A stretch of 64,000 nucleotides of DNA, taken from assembly GCA_903929765.1 (NCBI GenBank), contig CAIYVX010000082.1, positions 16,974 through 80,973 on the forward strand. The letters run 5' to 3'. The position numbers and the translations under genes are program-made. Shown one piece after another: positions 35,638 through 44,866 of the stretch. This DNA comes from an uncultured Planctomycetia bacterium. GTDB taxonomy: Bacteria; Planctomycetota; Phycisphaerae; FEN-1346; JAACEH01. The stretch's first letter is position 1. Every line of letters begins with the position of its first letter. Below the pieces are notes generated by a model. It ran no database searches and had not been told where the DNA came from. It saw only the letters and a list, made by a program, of their open reading frames with translations.

Positions 35638-37605
35638 TCACAAATCATAAGCCCGCTTCACCCTCAGTATTTCCGCCACGCTCCAGGCCTGAGCGAAACA
35701 GCCGCGCGGCCAGTGCGGCTCGTCCCCATCAAATATCTCCGCCACCGTGCCCAGCGTCCCCTGGTCCAACGTCGCCAGGGCATTGTCGATCACGCCCTGA
35801 GCCTCGCCGTGGGCCACAAACTCCGACTCCGCCGACGCCATCAGGGCATCGACATACGGCCCCAGCAGCCACGGCCAGACCGTCCCCTGGTGATACGCGA
35901 AATCCCGCTCGAACCAATTCCCGATGCACCGGCCCCGGTAATCCCGATCCTCGCGCGCGAGCGTCCGCAGGCCGCACGGCGTCAAAAGTTTCCGCCGCAC
36001 CGTCCCCACCACCGCCCGCGCCCGCTCGCCCGTCACCGGGGCAAAGGGCAGCGACACCGCGAAAAGCTGATTCGGCCGCACCCGGACATCCCGGTTCTTA
36101 CCGTCCACGCAGTCATAAAGGTAGCCGCCCTCAGCGTTCCAGAACGTCTCGCCGAAGGCCGCCGTCGTCCGAGCCCGCCCGCGCACCGCCTCGGGCAATT
36201 TCGCTTTCGTCGCCCACTTTTCGCCCCAGTCCGCCACGATCCCCAGCGCCGACAGCCACAGGGCGTTGATCTCCACCGCCTTGCCGCGCCGCTGCGTAAA
36301 GGGAACGCCCCCGTGCATCGCGTCCATCCAGGTCAGGGCGTGGCCGTCCTCGCCCGCCCAGATCAGCCCGTCGGTGTCCGCATGAATGTGGTGCCGCGTC
36401 CCCGAGTGGTAGCGCCGCACAATTTCCAGAATCGGCTTCCACAGCTTGTCGTGGACGAAGTCCAGGTCGCCCGTCGCCTGCCCATAGGCCCGCGCCGCCT
36501 GGATGAACCAGAGCGACGAATCCACAGAGTTATATGACAACTTCTTGTTGTCGTCCTCGAAGCGGTTCGGCATCATCCCTTCGTCAATGAGGCCGGCGAA
36601 AAGTTCCAGCACCGCCCGGGCCAGGTCGTGCCGCCCCGTCGCCAGGCACAGCCCCGGCAGCGCAACCATCGCGTCGCGGCCCCAGTCCGCGAACCACGGA
36701 TAACCCGCCAGAATGCTCGCCAGAGTCCGCTCCCGGCTCGGCCGTTCCACCAGGAACTGATCCGCCGCGATCACCAGCATCTCTTCACGCTGCCCGCGCG
36801 GCCCCGCCAGCCGTACCAGTTCCCGCCGCCGCGCCAGTTCTCCCTGACACGCCGCCGCGAACGTCAGCGCCGGTTCATCCGCCCCCAGACTCGCCGTCAG
36901 CACCACTTCCTGCCGCGCGTCCAGATCGACCGTCGCCGACCCGACGCGCAACAAATCTTCCACGTCGTCCTGCCCGCGCTCCGTCTCCACGCGATAGCAA
37001 ATCCCCTTGTACCAGATCGGCTCAACCATGATCTCCGCCCCGCCCGCACGAATGAAGAGATCCTGTCCCCCGACACCCGACACCCGCCAGCCCGCGTCCG
37101 CCGGCTCAACATTCAGCCCGTCGCGCCGCCCTTTCAACTCATGAAAACTCCGCATCGCCACAAACGGCGCGAGCACCAGCTTGGCCCCCGCCGGCGCCCC
37201 GGTCACCTGGTACTGAATCATCACGCAATTGGTCCGGTACACCATCAGGACGCGCTTCGTCACCACCGTTTCGCCGACCTGCCAGCGCCAGACCGGCAGC
37301 GGATCGAGCCGGAAGTCGAGCAGCCGCCGATTGCCATCCGGAAAAAATCCGTCGCGATATTCCGTTGTGTTGAGGTAATGTTCGCCCGACGGCAGGACCA
37401 GCATTTCGTCCAGGTGCGACAGCAGGACGTAACGATCCAGCGGCGGATTCAGCGCCGCCACCAAGAGGCCGTGGTACCGCCGCGTGTTGCACCCCACCAG
37501 GCTCGACGAGCAATACCCGCCCAGCCCGTTGGTCAGCAGAAACCCGCGCCGCAACGACCACTCCAAATCCTGAAGATTATCCGCCCCGGCCACAAACGTC
37601 CACAT
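35638..37605 (-). CDS. Glycogen debranching enzyme (archaeal-type GDE; amylo-alpha-1,6-glucosidase family)
   Basis: The 655-aa product combines an N-terminal GDE_N region with a C-terminal (alpha/alpha)6 catalytic domain whose motifs include GYPWFADWGRDAMVALPGL and WMDAMHGG. Confidence 0.8.
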   Translation of the reverse strand: MWTFVAGADNLQDLEWSLRRGFLLTNGLGGYCSSSLVGCNTRRYHGLLVAALNPPLDRYVLLSHLDEMLVLPSGEHYLNTTEYRDGFFPDGNRRLLDFRLDPLPVWRWQVGETVVTKRVLMVYRTNCVMIQYQVTGAPAGAKLVLAPFVAMRSFHELKGRRDGLNVEPADAGWRVSGVGGQDLFIRAGGAEIMVEPIWYKGICYRVETERGQDDVEDLLRVGSATVDLDARQEVVLTASLGADEPALTFAAACQGELARRRELVRLAGPRGQREEMLVIAADQFLVERPSRERTLASILAGYPWFADWGRDAMVALPGLCLATGRHDLARAVLELFAGLIDEGMMPNRFEDDNKKLSYNSVDSSLWFIQAARAYGQATGDLDFVHDKLWKPILEIVRRYHSGTRHHIHADTDGLIWAGEDGHALTWMDAMHGGVPFTQRRGKAVEINALWLSALGIVADWGEKWATKAKLPEAVRGRARTTAAFGETFWNAEGGYLYDCVDGKNRDVRVRPNQLFAVSLPFAPVTGERARAVVGTVRRKLLTPCGLRTLAREDRDYRGRCIGNWFERDFAYHQGTVWPWLLGPYVDALMASAESEFVAHGEAQGVIDNALATLDQGTLGTVAEIFDGDEPHWPRGCFAQAWSVAEILRVKRAYDL

Positions 37606-37661
37606 AGTGACCCCCAGTATACGCTACTGTTGGTATGGTGCAATAGAAGATGACAAATACA

Positions 37662-37710
37662 GGGTGCCACACTTTGTCCCGACCGCCTTTTGGTCGGGCA
37701 AAGTGTGTGG
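37662..37710 (+). repeat. REP family H, copy 2 (RAYT-1 flank)
   Basis: GGGTGCCACACTTTGTCCCGACCGCCTTTTGGTCGGGCAAAGTGTGTGG lies 18 nt downstream of the RAYT-1 stop. Confidence 0.75.
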
Positions 37711-37727
37711 TTGGTCTGCCGGAAACC

Positions 37728-38264
37728 TCAGACCGGAAGAATATCCATCTCTAAACCTTCATGTCGTTCGTACCACGCGGCACTACTCCAGCGCCAGTCC
37801 GCGACCGACTCGACCAGGCCTCGCCGCACCGGATTATTGTGAATGTAATTGAGCTTCTCATAGAGTTCTTCCCGGCTTGTGATATTCCTATCATAACCAC
37901 CTCCTCCCAGCCAGAAGTGCGGCCTTCCCTGAGCGTCGGTGATCCGAGAGAGAATGGGGGCGTTCAACTCGCGCCACCGAGCGAGAACATCTTTCGAGAA
38001 CGGGCGCTTCAGGGCGTGAAGAATAGCCGTGACGGTAAAGTCAGGGAGGTCAGGTGTCAGAAGCAGGTGGAAATGCTCCGGCATAACGACCCAGGCGTAG
38101 AGGGCAAAGTCCGTCTGCCGCCGGACAAAAGACAACCGGTCTACGAAGGCGTCCTTGACGCGATCACTCTTGAACAGCGGCAACCGGCCGTAGCAGGAAC
38201 AAGTCAGGTAGCGAACATGGTTTGGCAACTCGTAGCGTTTAAGAGTTCGACGATTGTCGCTCAT
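37728..38264 (-). CDS. REP-associated tyrosine transposase (RAYT; IS200/Y1-transposase-like HUH enzyme)
   Basis: MSDNRRTLKRYELPNHVRYLTCSCYGRLPLF...LYAWVVMPEHFHLLLTP (HuH motif)...HFWLGGGGYDRNITSREELYEKLNYIHNNPVRRGLVESVADWRWSS (Tyr motif). It is collinear with E. coli RayT/YafM as I recall it. The start is the internal ATG; the upstream part of the track ORF is just the REP translated. Confidence 0.8.
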   Translation of the reverse strand: MSDNRRTLKRYELPNHVRYLTCSCYGRLPLFKSDRVKDAFVDRLSFVRRQTDFALYAWVVMPEHFHLLLTPDLPDFTVTAILHALKRPFSKDVLARWRELNAPILSRITDAQGRPHFWLGGGGYDRNITSREELYEKLNYIHNNPVRRGLVESVADWRWSSAAWYERHEGLEMDILPV

Positions 38265-38324
38265 GACGGGGCATCTCGACCAATCGGCACGAAGTTTATT
38301 CGGAAGATTTACTTGCGGTCCGAA

Positions 38325-38371
38325 CACACACTTTGCCCGGCATACTGCCGCCGGGACAAAGTGTGGCACCC
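38325..38371 (-). repeat. REP family H, copy 3 (RAYT-1 flank, inverted)
   Basis: CACACACTTTGCCCGGCATACTGCCGCCGGGACAAAGTGTGGCACCC is the reverse complement of the copy-2 pattern. The two copies form inverted REPs around RAYT-1. Confidence 0.75.
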
Positions 38372-38403
38372 TCGTTCCAAGGATCCCAAACAATCAGCTG
38401 AAA

Positions 38404-39579
38404 CTACCTCTTCAGCCGCTGCCGGATGTTGTCCAGGACGTTCATGTAGTTGATGTAGGAATCGTACGGTGAATCGTACGGATTGAAGTACTTATGAACG
38501 TCCCCGTCCGCGAACCACTTCGTGCACATGTAATAGAAATGGTCCGACGTCAGCAGCCGCCGCCAGTCGTGCAGCAGGTTCGGATCAGCCTTGTCCTTGA
38601 TCTGCTTCTCCAGCCGGTAGACTTCGTGCAGGGCGTTGGACTGCATGGCGTTGCCGAGCCACGCCGACAGGTCGCGCTCGATGTCCGCCCACGATATCAT
38701 GTGCGGCACGTCCAGCGTCCCCTCCGGCTCGTAGCGGTCCGTCGCCTCCGAGAGGGTCAGAAAATTATTATCCGGGTGCTGCAGCACGATCTCCGGCAAC
38801 TTCTGCATGAACTGGAAAATCCCCGTGTCTTCCCACTGGTGTTCGCCGAAGGTCTCATAGTCCATAAACAGGTTGACCATGTAGCCGTTGCCGTTGACCT
38901 GGTTGACCCACTGCCCGAACTTCTCCGCCGTCAGCGGCCACTCGTTCCACTGGCGGTTCGAGAAGCGGAAGGCGATGTCGTCGCTCAGGCGATAATTCTT
39001 CAGCAGCAGCTTGATGTTGCGCGTGCCCAGCGGCCGGTACATGAACGTCGGGCTGCGGTAGCCCAGAATGTGGTCCGCCCCCTCGGCCAGGATGCCCTTG
39101 AAGCCCATCTCCTCGATGTAGTGCGCCAGATCATTATTATAAATAAGCTCGGTGTTCCGGAAAACCTGCGGCTTGTAGCCGAACACTTCCTGCATCTTGG
39201 CCGCGTGCGAAACCACCTGCTGCCGGAATTCTTCCCGGCTGTACAGGAAGGCCAGCGAGTGGTAATAGGTCTCGTTCAGAAATTCCACGCAACCGGTGGC
39301 CGCCAGTTGCTTGAAGCTCTCGATCACCTCCGGGCAATAGGCCAGGAACTGATCGACCGCGATCCCGGTGATCGAATAGCTGCACCGGAACCGTCCCTGG
39401 TTGCGGCGGATCAGATCCAGCATCACCTGGTTCGCCGGCAGGTAGCACTTGGTGGCCACCTTCCGACAAATTTCCGCATTCTTGTAGTCATCGAAATAAT
39501 ACGGATCGGTGTCAAAGACGGAATAGCGGCGCAACCGGTACGGCTGATGCACTTGGAAATAAAAACACACTGAGGCCAT
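38404..39579 (-). CDS. Glycoside hydrolase family 57 protein (alpha-glucan-acting; amylase/branching-type)
   Basis: The N-terminus CFYFQVHQPYRL and the 391-aa length fit the GH57 catalytic domain as recalled. It sits in a glycogen-gene context. Confidence 0.7.
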   Translation of the reverse strand: MASVCFYFQVHQPYRLRRYSVFDTDPYYFDDYKNAEICRKVATKCYLPANQVMLDLIRRNQGRFRCSYSITGIAVDQFLAYCPEVIESFKQLAATGCVEFLNETYYHSLAFLYSREEFRQQVVSHAAKMQEVFGYKPQVFRNTELIYNNDLAHYIEEMGFKGILAEGADHILGYRSPTFMYRPLGTRNIKLLLKNYRLSDDIAFRFSNRQWNEWPLTAEKFGQWVNQVNGNGYMVNLFMDYETFGEHQWEDTGIFQFMQKLPEIVLQHPDNNFLTLSEATDRYEPEGTLDVPHMISWADIERDLSAWLGNAMQSNALHEVYRLEKQIKDKADPNLLHDWRRLLTSDHFYYMCTKWFADGDVHKYFNPYDSPYDSYINYMNVLDNIRQRLKR

Positions 39580-39616
39580 ATCGTCGTTTCGTCCTTCCCC
39601 CGCAAGTTGTCCTTAC

Positions 39617-39666
39617 CAGTGGCACGGGCGTCCCGCCCGTGAGTCCCACGGCCATCTTGGCCGTGG
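39617..39666 (+). repeat. REP family A, copy 2
   Basis: CAGTGGCACGGGCGTCCCGCCCGTGAGTCCCACGGCCATCTTGGCCGTGG lies between the GH57 and glycogen-synthase genes. Confidence 0.7.
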
Positions 39667-39687
39667 TTGTTTTTGTTTTTTGCGCCA

Positions 39688-41073
39688 CTACGCCTGCGTC
39701 ACCGCCCGCTCGTACACCTTCACACACGCATTGGCCGCGTCATGCCACGAGAACTTCCGCACCTCAAAGTGGGCGTGTTTCTTCAGCGTCTCCTGCAACG
39801 GCGCGTGCCGCAGCACCGCGATGATCTTGTTGGCCATCTCGTTGATGTCCCAGAAATCGACCTTCAGCACGTGCGTCAGCACCTCGCTCACCCCGCTCTG
39901 CTTCGAGATGATCACCGGCACGTTCTGGCTCATCGCCTCCAGCGGCACCAGCCCGAACGGTTCGCTCACGCTCGGCATCACGAACAGGTCGGCCATCCGG
40001 AAAATCTTCTGCACGTCATCGCCCCGCAGGAACCCCGTAAAGAGAATCCGGTGCCCGATCCCCAGGTGCGCCGCCAGTTCGATCACCCGCCGGAACATGT
40101 CCCCGTCCCCGGCCATGACGAACTTCACGTTCCCCATTTTTTCCAAAACCTTCTTCGCCGCCGCCACAAAATATTCCGGCCCCTTCTGCATCGTCATCCG
40201 GCCCAGGAAGAGCACCAGCCGCTCGTCCGAATCGAAATCCACCGGGCCTTCCTGCACCGCCTCGGCCGCCGTCTCGTCGATGTCGATCTGGTTGTGCACC
40301 ACCTCCACCTTCTCCGGGTCCGCCCCGTAGCGCGAAATACAGATGTTCCGCGTCAGGTTCGACACGGCGATGACCTTCGTCGCCCCGTGCATCCCCGCCC
40401 GCTCAATGTCGTAGACGACCTGGTTGACGTTGTCCCCCGACCGGTCGAACTCCGTGCTGTGTACGTGGACCACCAGGGGCTTGCCGGTAATTCCTGCCAC
40501 AGCCAGCGCCGCCGGGAAGGTCATCCAGTCGTGGGCGTGAATCACGTCGAACTCGATCCGGTGAGCGAAGGCCATCAGCAGTTTCGTGTAGCGGTGCACC
40601 TCCGACATCAGGTTCCGCCCGTACTGTCCGGTCAACATGGCGCTTTCGGGTCCCGAGGCGGCGGAGCTTTGCTGCTCCCGCCCGATTTCCCGCAGTTCGC
40701 CCTCGGCCGTCATTTCTTCCAGGAACGCCGTACGTTCCTTTTCCGCCCGCTGGGCATAAGTCCCGGCCGTCGCGTACGGCATGAGGTTAACCTGCACCGG
40801 CACGAACGTCACGTTCTCCATATTCTTCAGCCGGTAGCTCAGCAATCCGCCCGGACCCAGGATCGGCACCCACGGCGCTGCATTGCCGTTGGTCTCCGCC
40901 TTTGGCGCGATCAGCCGCACGTGCGTTGCCAGGTCGCTTCGCACCGCCCGCGGCAGCACGAAAAACACTTCCACGCCCAGTTCGCTCATGGCCCGCGTCA
41001 GTCCATAGCAGGCCACCCCCAGGCCCCCACTGATGAACGGCGGAAATTCCCATCCTAACATCAATACACGCAT
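39688..41073 (-). CDS. glgA: Glycogen (alpha-1,4-glucan) synthase, archaeal/GT5-GT4-like glycosyltransferase
   Basis: MRVLMLGWEFPPFISGGLGVA resembles the Pyrococcus-type glycogen synthase N-terminus (GFEFLPVKVGGLAEA). The C-terminus has GT-B motifs (E...E). The product is 461 aa. Confidence 0.75.
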   Translation of the reverse strand: MRVLMLGWEFPPFISGGLGVACYGLTRAMSELGVEVFFVLPRAVRSDLATHVRLIAPKAETNGNAAPWVPILGPGGLLSYRLKNMENVTFVPVQVNLMPYATAGTYAQRAEKERTAFLEEMTAEGELREIGREQQSSAASGPESAMLTGQYGRNLMSEVHRYTKLLMAFAHRIEFDVIHAHDWMTFPAALAVAGITGKPLVVHVHSTEFDRSGDNVNQVVYDIERAGMHGATKVIAVSNLTRNICISRYGADPEKVEVVHNQIDIDETAAEAVQEGPVDFDSDERLVLFLGRMTMQKGPEYFVAAAKKVLEKMGNVKFVMAGDGDMFRRVIELAAHLGIGHRILFTGFLRGDDVQKIFRMADLFVMPSVSEPFGLVPLEAMSQNVPVIISKQSGVSEVLTHVLKVDFWDINEMANKIIAVLRHAPLQETLKKHAHFEVRKFSWHDAANACVKVYERAVTQA

Positions 41074-41261
41074 GAATAACCTCTCGAGCCCGGCGTCTCC
41101 GCCGGACTCCCATGTCCCGTCCCTGGGTTACTTCGGATTGCCCCCTGGTCGATAGCGGCGTGGTTGTTCCGTCAACGGACGTGCTTCGACTTGCTTGAAG
41201 ATACTCTGCGCGCTGTTTTAAGTCAATCGTTATAAACCAAAATTTTTTCGTGAGCGACAGG

Positions 41262-42278
41262 TTAACTTGTCAGCCGTGCGAACTCCGCCGCGTAGTACGT
41301 CAGAATAATGTCCGCCCCGGCCCGACGAATACTCGTCAGCGTCTCACGAATCGCCGCGCCGCGGTCGATCCACCCCGCCCGCGCCGCCGCTTCGATCATC
41401 GCGTACTCACCGCTCACCTGGTACGCCGCCACCGGCACGCCAAACCGCTGTTTCACCCGCCAGATCACGTCCAGATACGCCAGGGCCGGCTTCACCATCA
41501 CGATGTCGGCGCCTTCCTGCAAATCGTTTTCCACCTCACGCAATGCTTCGTTCCCATTGCGATAATCCATCTGGTACCCGCGCCGGTCGCCGAACTGCGG
41601 CGGACTTTCCGCCGCCTCCCGGAACGGCCCGTAAAAACTCGACGCGAACTTCGCCGCATAAGACATGAGCGGCACGTGGCTCAGGGACGCCGCATCCAGC
41701 GCCTGGCGAATCGCCCCCACCCGCCCGTCCATCATGTCGCTCGGCGCCACCACGTCCGCCCCCGCACGGGCGTGGGCCAGCGCCATCGCCGCCAGGAGCG
41801 GCAACGTCTGATCATTATCTATGACGCGCCGCCCGCCGCGCTCCACCGGCACGCCGCAATGGCCGTGATCGGTATATTCGCACAGGCAGACGTCCGTAAT
41901 CACCGCCAGGTCCGGCAGCGCCTTCTTGAGCGCCCGCACCGCCCGCGGAATCAGCCCGTCCGGATCGACCGCGCTCGTCGCCCCGGCGTCCTTGCGGTCC
42001 GGTATCCCGAACAGAATCACCGCCGGCACGCCCGCCGCCGCCACCTCGCCCGCCCGCTCCACCAGCGTGTCCACCGACCACTGGAACTGCCCCGGCATCG
42101 ACGAAATCGCCCGCCGCTCCCCCCGCCCTTCCCGCACAAACAGCGGCTGCACCAAATCCTTCGCCTCCAGCGTCGTCTCCGCCACCATCTCGCGCAGCAC
42201 TGCCGTGTCCCGCAGCCGCCGCAGACGTGTTATCGGAAAAGCCACGATCCATTCCTCCGCGTGCCGCTTCTTTTTCAC
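41262..42278 (-). CDS. hemB: Porphobilinogen synthase (delta-aminolevulinate dehydratase)
   Basis: PITRLRRLR, DVCLCEYTDHGHCG (Zn site), the active-site lysines and YQVSGEYAM match HemB. The track's start is a GTG lying inside the family-B repeat, so the exact start is uncertain. Confidence 0.93.
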   Translation of the reverse strand: MKKKRHAEEWIVAFPITRLRRLRDTAVLREMVAETTLEAKDLVQPLFVREGRGERRAISSMPGQFQWSVDTLVERAGEVAAAGVPAVILFGIPDRKDAGATSAVDPDGLIPRAVRALKKALPDLAVITDVCLCEYTDHGHCGVPVERGGRRVIDNDQTLPLLAAMALAHARAGADVVAPSDMMDGRVGAIRQALDAASLSHVPLMSYAAKFASSFYGPFREAAESPPQFGDRRGYQMDYRNGNEALREVENDLQEGADIVMVKPALAYLDVIWRVKQRFGVPVAAYQVSGEYAMIEAAARAGWIDRGAAIRETLTSIRRAGADIILTYYAAEFARLTS

Positions 42279-42325
42279 CCCTCTCCCTTGAGGGGAGAGG
42301 GTAGGGTGAGGGTGTTGCTGTTTCT
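42268..42325 (+). repeat. Palindromic element family B, copy 1
   Basis: CTTCTTTTTCACCCCTCTCCCTTGAGGGGAGAGGGTAGGGTGAGGGTG has a core inverted repeat CCCTCTCCC/GGGAGAGGG. It overlaps the hemB 5' end. Confidence 0.7.
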
Positions 42326-42374
42326 TCTGCTTTTGTTGCTGCGCCTTAAGCCTTAAGCCTCAAGCCTGCCTTTC

Positions 42375-43607
42375 CTACTCCTTCTCCAGTTCAAACGCCG
42401 CATGCACCGCCCGCAGCGCCTGTTCCGCGTGATCGCGGCTGATGATGCACGAAATCTTGATCTCGCTCGTCGTGATCATCTGGATGTTGATCTTCGCGTC
42501 GGCCAGGGCCTTGAACATCTTCTGGGCCACGCCCGTGTGGCTCCTCATGCCCACGCCGACAATCGAAACTTTCGATATATTCTTGTCGATTTCGACCGCG
42601 CCCGCCCCGAGTTCTTTGGTCAGACCGTTGGCCACGTCGATCACATCCTCAATGTCGGCCAGGGCCACGGTGAATGACAGGTCGGTCTGCCCTTCGCGCG
42701 AAATGTTCTGAATGATGTCGTCCACCACGATGTTGGCCGACGCGATTTGGTGGAAAATTTCCGCCGCCGCCCCCGGCCGGTCCGGCACCGACCGCAGCGT
42801 CACCTTGGCCAGGTCCCGCGTCATGGCCGCCCCGCGCACCACGATGCCTTCCATGCTCTTTACCTCCTTCGTAATCAGCGTCCCCTCCGCCTCGCTGAAA
42901 CTAGAGCGGACGTGAATCGCTATGTCGTATTTCTTTCCGAACTCAATCGACCGGCTGTGCATCACGCCCGCCCCCAGCGAGGCCAGTTCCAGCATCTCCT
43001 CGTAGCTGATCTCCGTCAGCTTCCGCGCCTCCGGCACTTTCCGCGGATCGGCCGTATACACCCCGTCCACGTCCGTGTAAATCTCGCAAACAACATTTTC
43101 GCTGCCGCACAATTTCAGCGCCGCCGCCAGGGCCACCGCCGTCGTGTCGCTCCCGCCGCGCCCCAGCGTCGTCACGTTCGCGTTCGCGTCCACGCCCTGA
43201 AACCCCGCCACGATCACGATGTTGCCCTTGGCGAACTCCTTCTTGATCCGTTCGCAATCGACGCTCTTGATCCGGGCCTTCGTGTGCACGCTGTCCGTAA
43301 TCATCCCGACCTGGTGACCCGTGAAGCTGATCGCCCCGGCCCCCTCGGCATGAATCGCCATGGCCATCAACGCGATCGAAATCTGCTCGCCCGTCGCCAG
43401 CAACTGGTCCATCTCCCGGGCCGACGGTCGATCCGTAATTTCCTTGGCCAACTCGATCAATTCGTCCGTCGTGTCGCCGCGCGCCGAGACCACCACCACC
43501 ACCTGGTTGCCCCGGTCCCGCGCCGCAATCGCCCGCCGCGCCGCCCGCTTGATCTTCTCGGCCGTCGCCACGCTCGACCCACCGAACTTCTGCACCACCG
43601 TCGCCAT
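42375..43607 (-). CDS. lysC: Aspartate kinase
   Basis: MATVVQKFGGSSV...the kinase domain plus two C-terminal ACT domains. The start is the internal ATG; the upstream extension in the track ORF is a family-D repeat translated. Confidence 0.93.
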   Translation of the reverse strand: MATVVQKFGGSSVATAEKIKRAARRAIAARDRGNQVVVVVSARGDTTDELIELAKEITDRPSAREMDQLLATGEQISIALMAMAIHAEGAGAISFTGHQVGMITDSVHTKARIKSVDCERIKKEFAKGNIVIVAGFQGVDANANVTTLGRGGSDTTAVALAAALKLCGSENVVCEIYTDVDGVYTADPRKVPEARKLTEISYEEMLELASLGAGVMHSRSIEFGKKYDIAIHVRSSFSEAEGTLITKEVKSMEGIVVRGAAMTRDLAKVTLRSVPDRPGAAAEIFHQIASANIVVDDIIQNISREGQTDLSFTVALADIEDVIDVANGLTKELGAGAVEIDKNISKVSIVGVGMRSHTGVAQKMFKALADAKINIQMITTSEIKISCIISRDHAEQALRAVHAAFELEKE

Positions 43608-43631
43608 CAGAACCAACCTTTCAAACCTGTG

Positions 43632-43667
43632 CTGGGTGGCATGGCCGCTTGCGGCCATGCGCATAAC
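43632..43667. repeat. Palindromic element family D (variant)
   Basis: CTGGGTGGCATGGCCGCTTGCGGCCATGCGCATAAC carries the GGGTGGCATGGC...GCCATG hairpin shared with 46233-46271 and 58073-58112. Confidence 0.55.
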
Positions 43668-43673
43668 CCCGCC

Positions 43674-44861
43674 TCACGCCCTCAAAAAATATTCCATCAA
43701 CTCATAACCCACCGGAATCCGGAACCCGCTCGCCGCCGCATGTTTCTCCGTGTACGGCCCCGGCCGCGACGGACTCATCCCCGTCCCGATAATTCCCACC
43801 GGCACCGCATCGTGCGTGTGCGTCCGCAAGCTGATCGGCGTCAGGTGATCCGGCAGAACCATCAGCCGCCACTTCTCCAGCGTTTCCATGTAGCCCAGGA
43901 GCGGCGCCAGAATGTGCCGGTCGATCTGCTGAATCGCCTGAATCTTGTGCTGCGCCGAGCCCTCGTGCCCCGCCTCGTCCGTCGCCTCCACGTGCACGCA
44001 AACGATGTCGCAATCCTCCAGGGCCTTGATCGCCGCCTCGCCTTTGCCCTTGTAATTGGTATCCAGATAGCCCGTCGCCCCCTCGACCTCGATCACCCGC
44101 CAGCCGATGCCCTTGGCCAGCCCGCGCACCAAATCCACCGCCGTGATCGCCTCCCCTTGCAGCTTGTGCAGTTCCCGGAACGGCGTCAGCTTCGGCCGCG
44201 TCCCCTGGCCCCACAGCCAGATCTGCGTCGCCGGCCGCTCGCCCAGATCGCGCCGCACTCGATTTATTTCATGCTCCCCCAAGAGCGCCCGGCTCCCTTC
44301 CATCAGCCGCACCAACTCCGCCGCCCCCGGACCGCGCGGCAAATGCGTCGCCACCTCCTGATCCAGAATGTCGTGCGGCGGAGTCGTCTGAAGCTCGTCC
44401 TTCCCGTGTCCGCGATGCACCAGCAAATGCCGGTACCCGACCCCGTTGTGAAATTCCCACCGGTCGGATCCCAACGCGATGGCGAGTTCCTTAATTATCG
44501 CCGCCCCTTCCTCCGTCGAAATCCCGCCCGCCGTGTTATCCAGCATTTTCCCGTCGATCACCGTCACCAGATTACACCGAAACACCACGTCGTCGTCGCC
44601 AAGCTCGATGTCGCGGGCCAACGCCTCCAGCGGCGCCCGGCCCGTGTAATATTTGTGCGGATCGTAGCCCAGGAGGCTCAGGATCGCCACGTCGCTGCAC
44701 GCCGGCAAATCCTTCGGCGTGTTGCACGTCGTCCCGAACAGACCTTCCATCGACACCCGGTCAAAAGCAGGACACTCCGCCATCTCCAGCGGCGTCCGCC
44801 CCTTCAGCGACGCCTGCGGCAGGTCGCCCGCTCCGTCCGGAATGACAATCGCAAATTTCAT
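43674..44861 (-). CDS. Cofactor-independent phosphoglycerate-mutase-family protein (ApgM-like; possible non-orthologous homoserine kinase)
   Basis: MKFAIVIPDGAGD...the metalloenzyme phosphopentomutase/iPGM-like fold. It is wedged between lysC and hom. A predicted alternative ThrB of this family occupies this genomic position in other bacteria. Confidence 0.8.
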   Translation of the reverse strand: MKFAIVIPDGAGDLPQASLKGRTPLEMAECPAFDRVSMEGLFGTTCNTPKDLPACSDVAILSLLGYDPHKYYTGRAPLEALARDIELGDDDVVFRCNLVTVIDGKMLDNTAGGISTEEGAAIIKELAIALGSDRWEFHNGVGYRHLLVHRGHGKDELQTTPPHDILDQEVATHLPRGPGAAELVRLMEGSRALLGEHEINRVRRDLGERPATQIWLWGQGTRPKLTPFRELHKLQGEAITAVDLVRGLAKGIGWRVIEVEGATGYLDTNYKGKGEAAIKALEDCDIVCVHVEATDEAGHEGSAQHKIQAIQQIDRHILAPLLGYMETLEKWRLMVLPDHLTPISLRTHTHDAVPVGIIGTGMSPSRPGPYTEKHAAASGFRIPVGYELMEYFLRA

Positions 44862-44866
44862 CCCGC

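Larger units (their letters stand above)
37662..38371 (-). mobile_element. REP-RAYT-REP unit inserted between the debranching-enzyme and GH57 genes
   Basis: An intact RAYT CDS is bounded by inverted family-H REPs. It occupies the intergenic space of the glycogen cluster. Confidence 0.75.
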
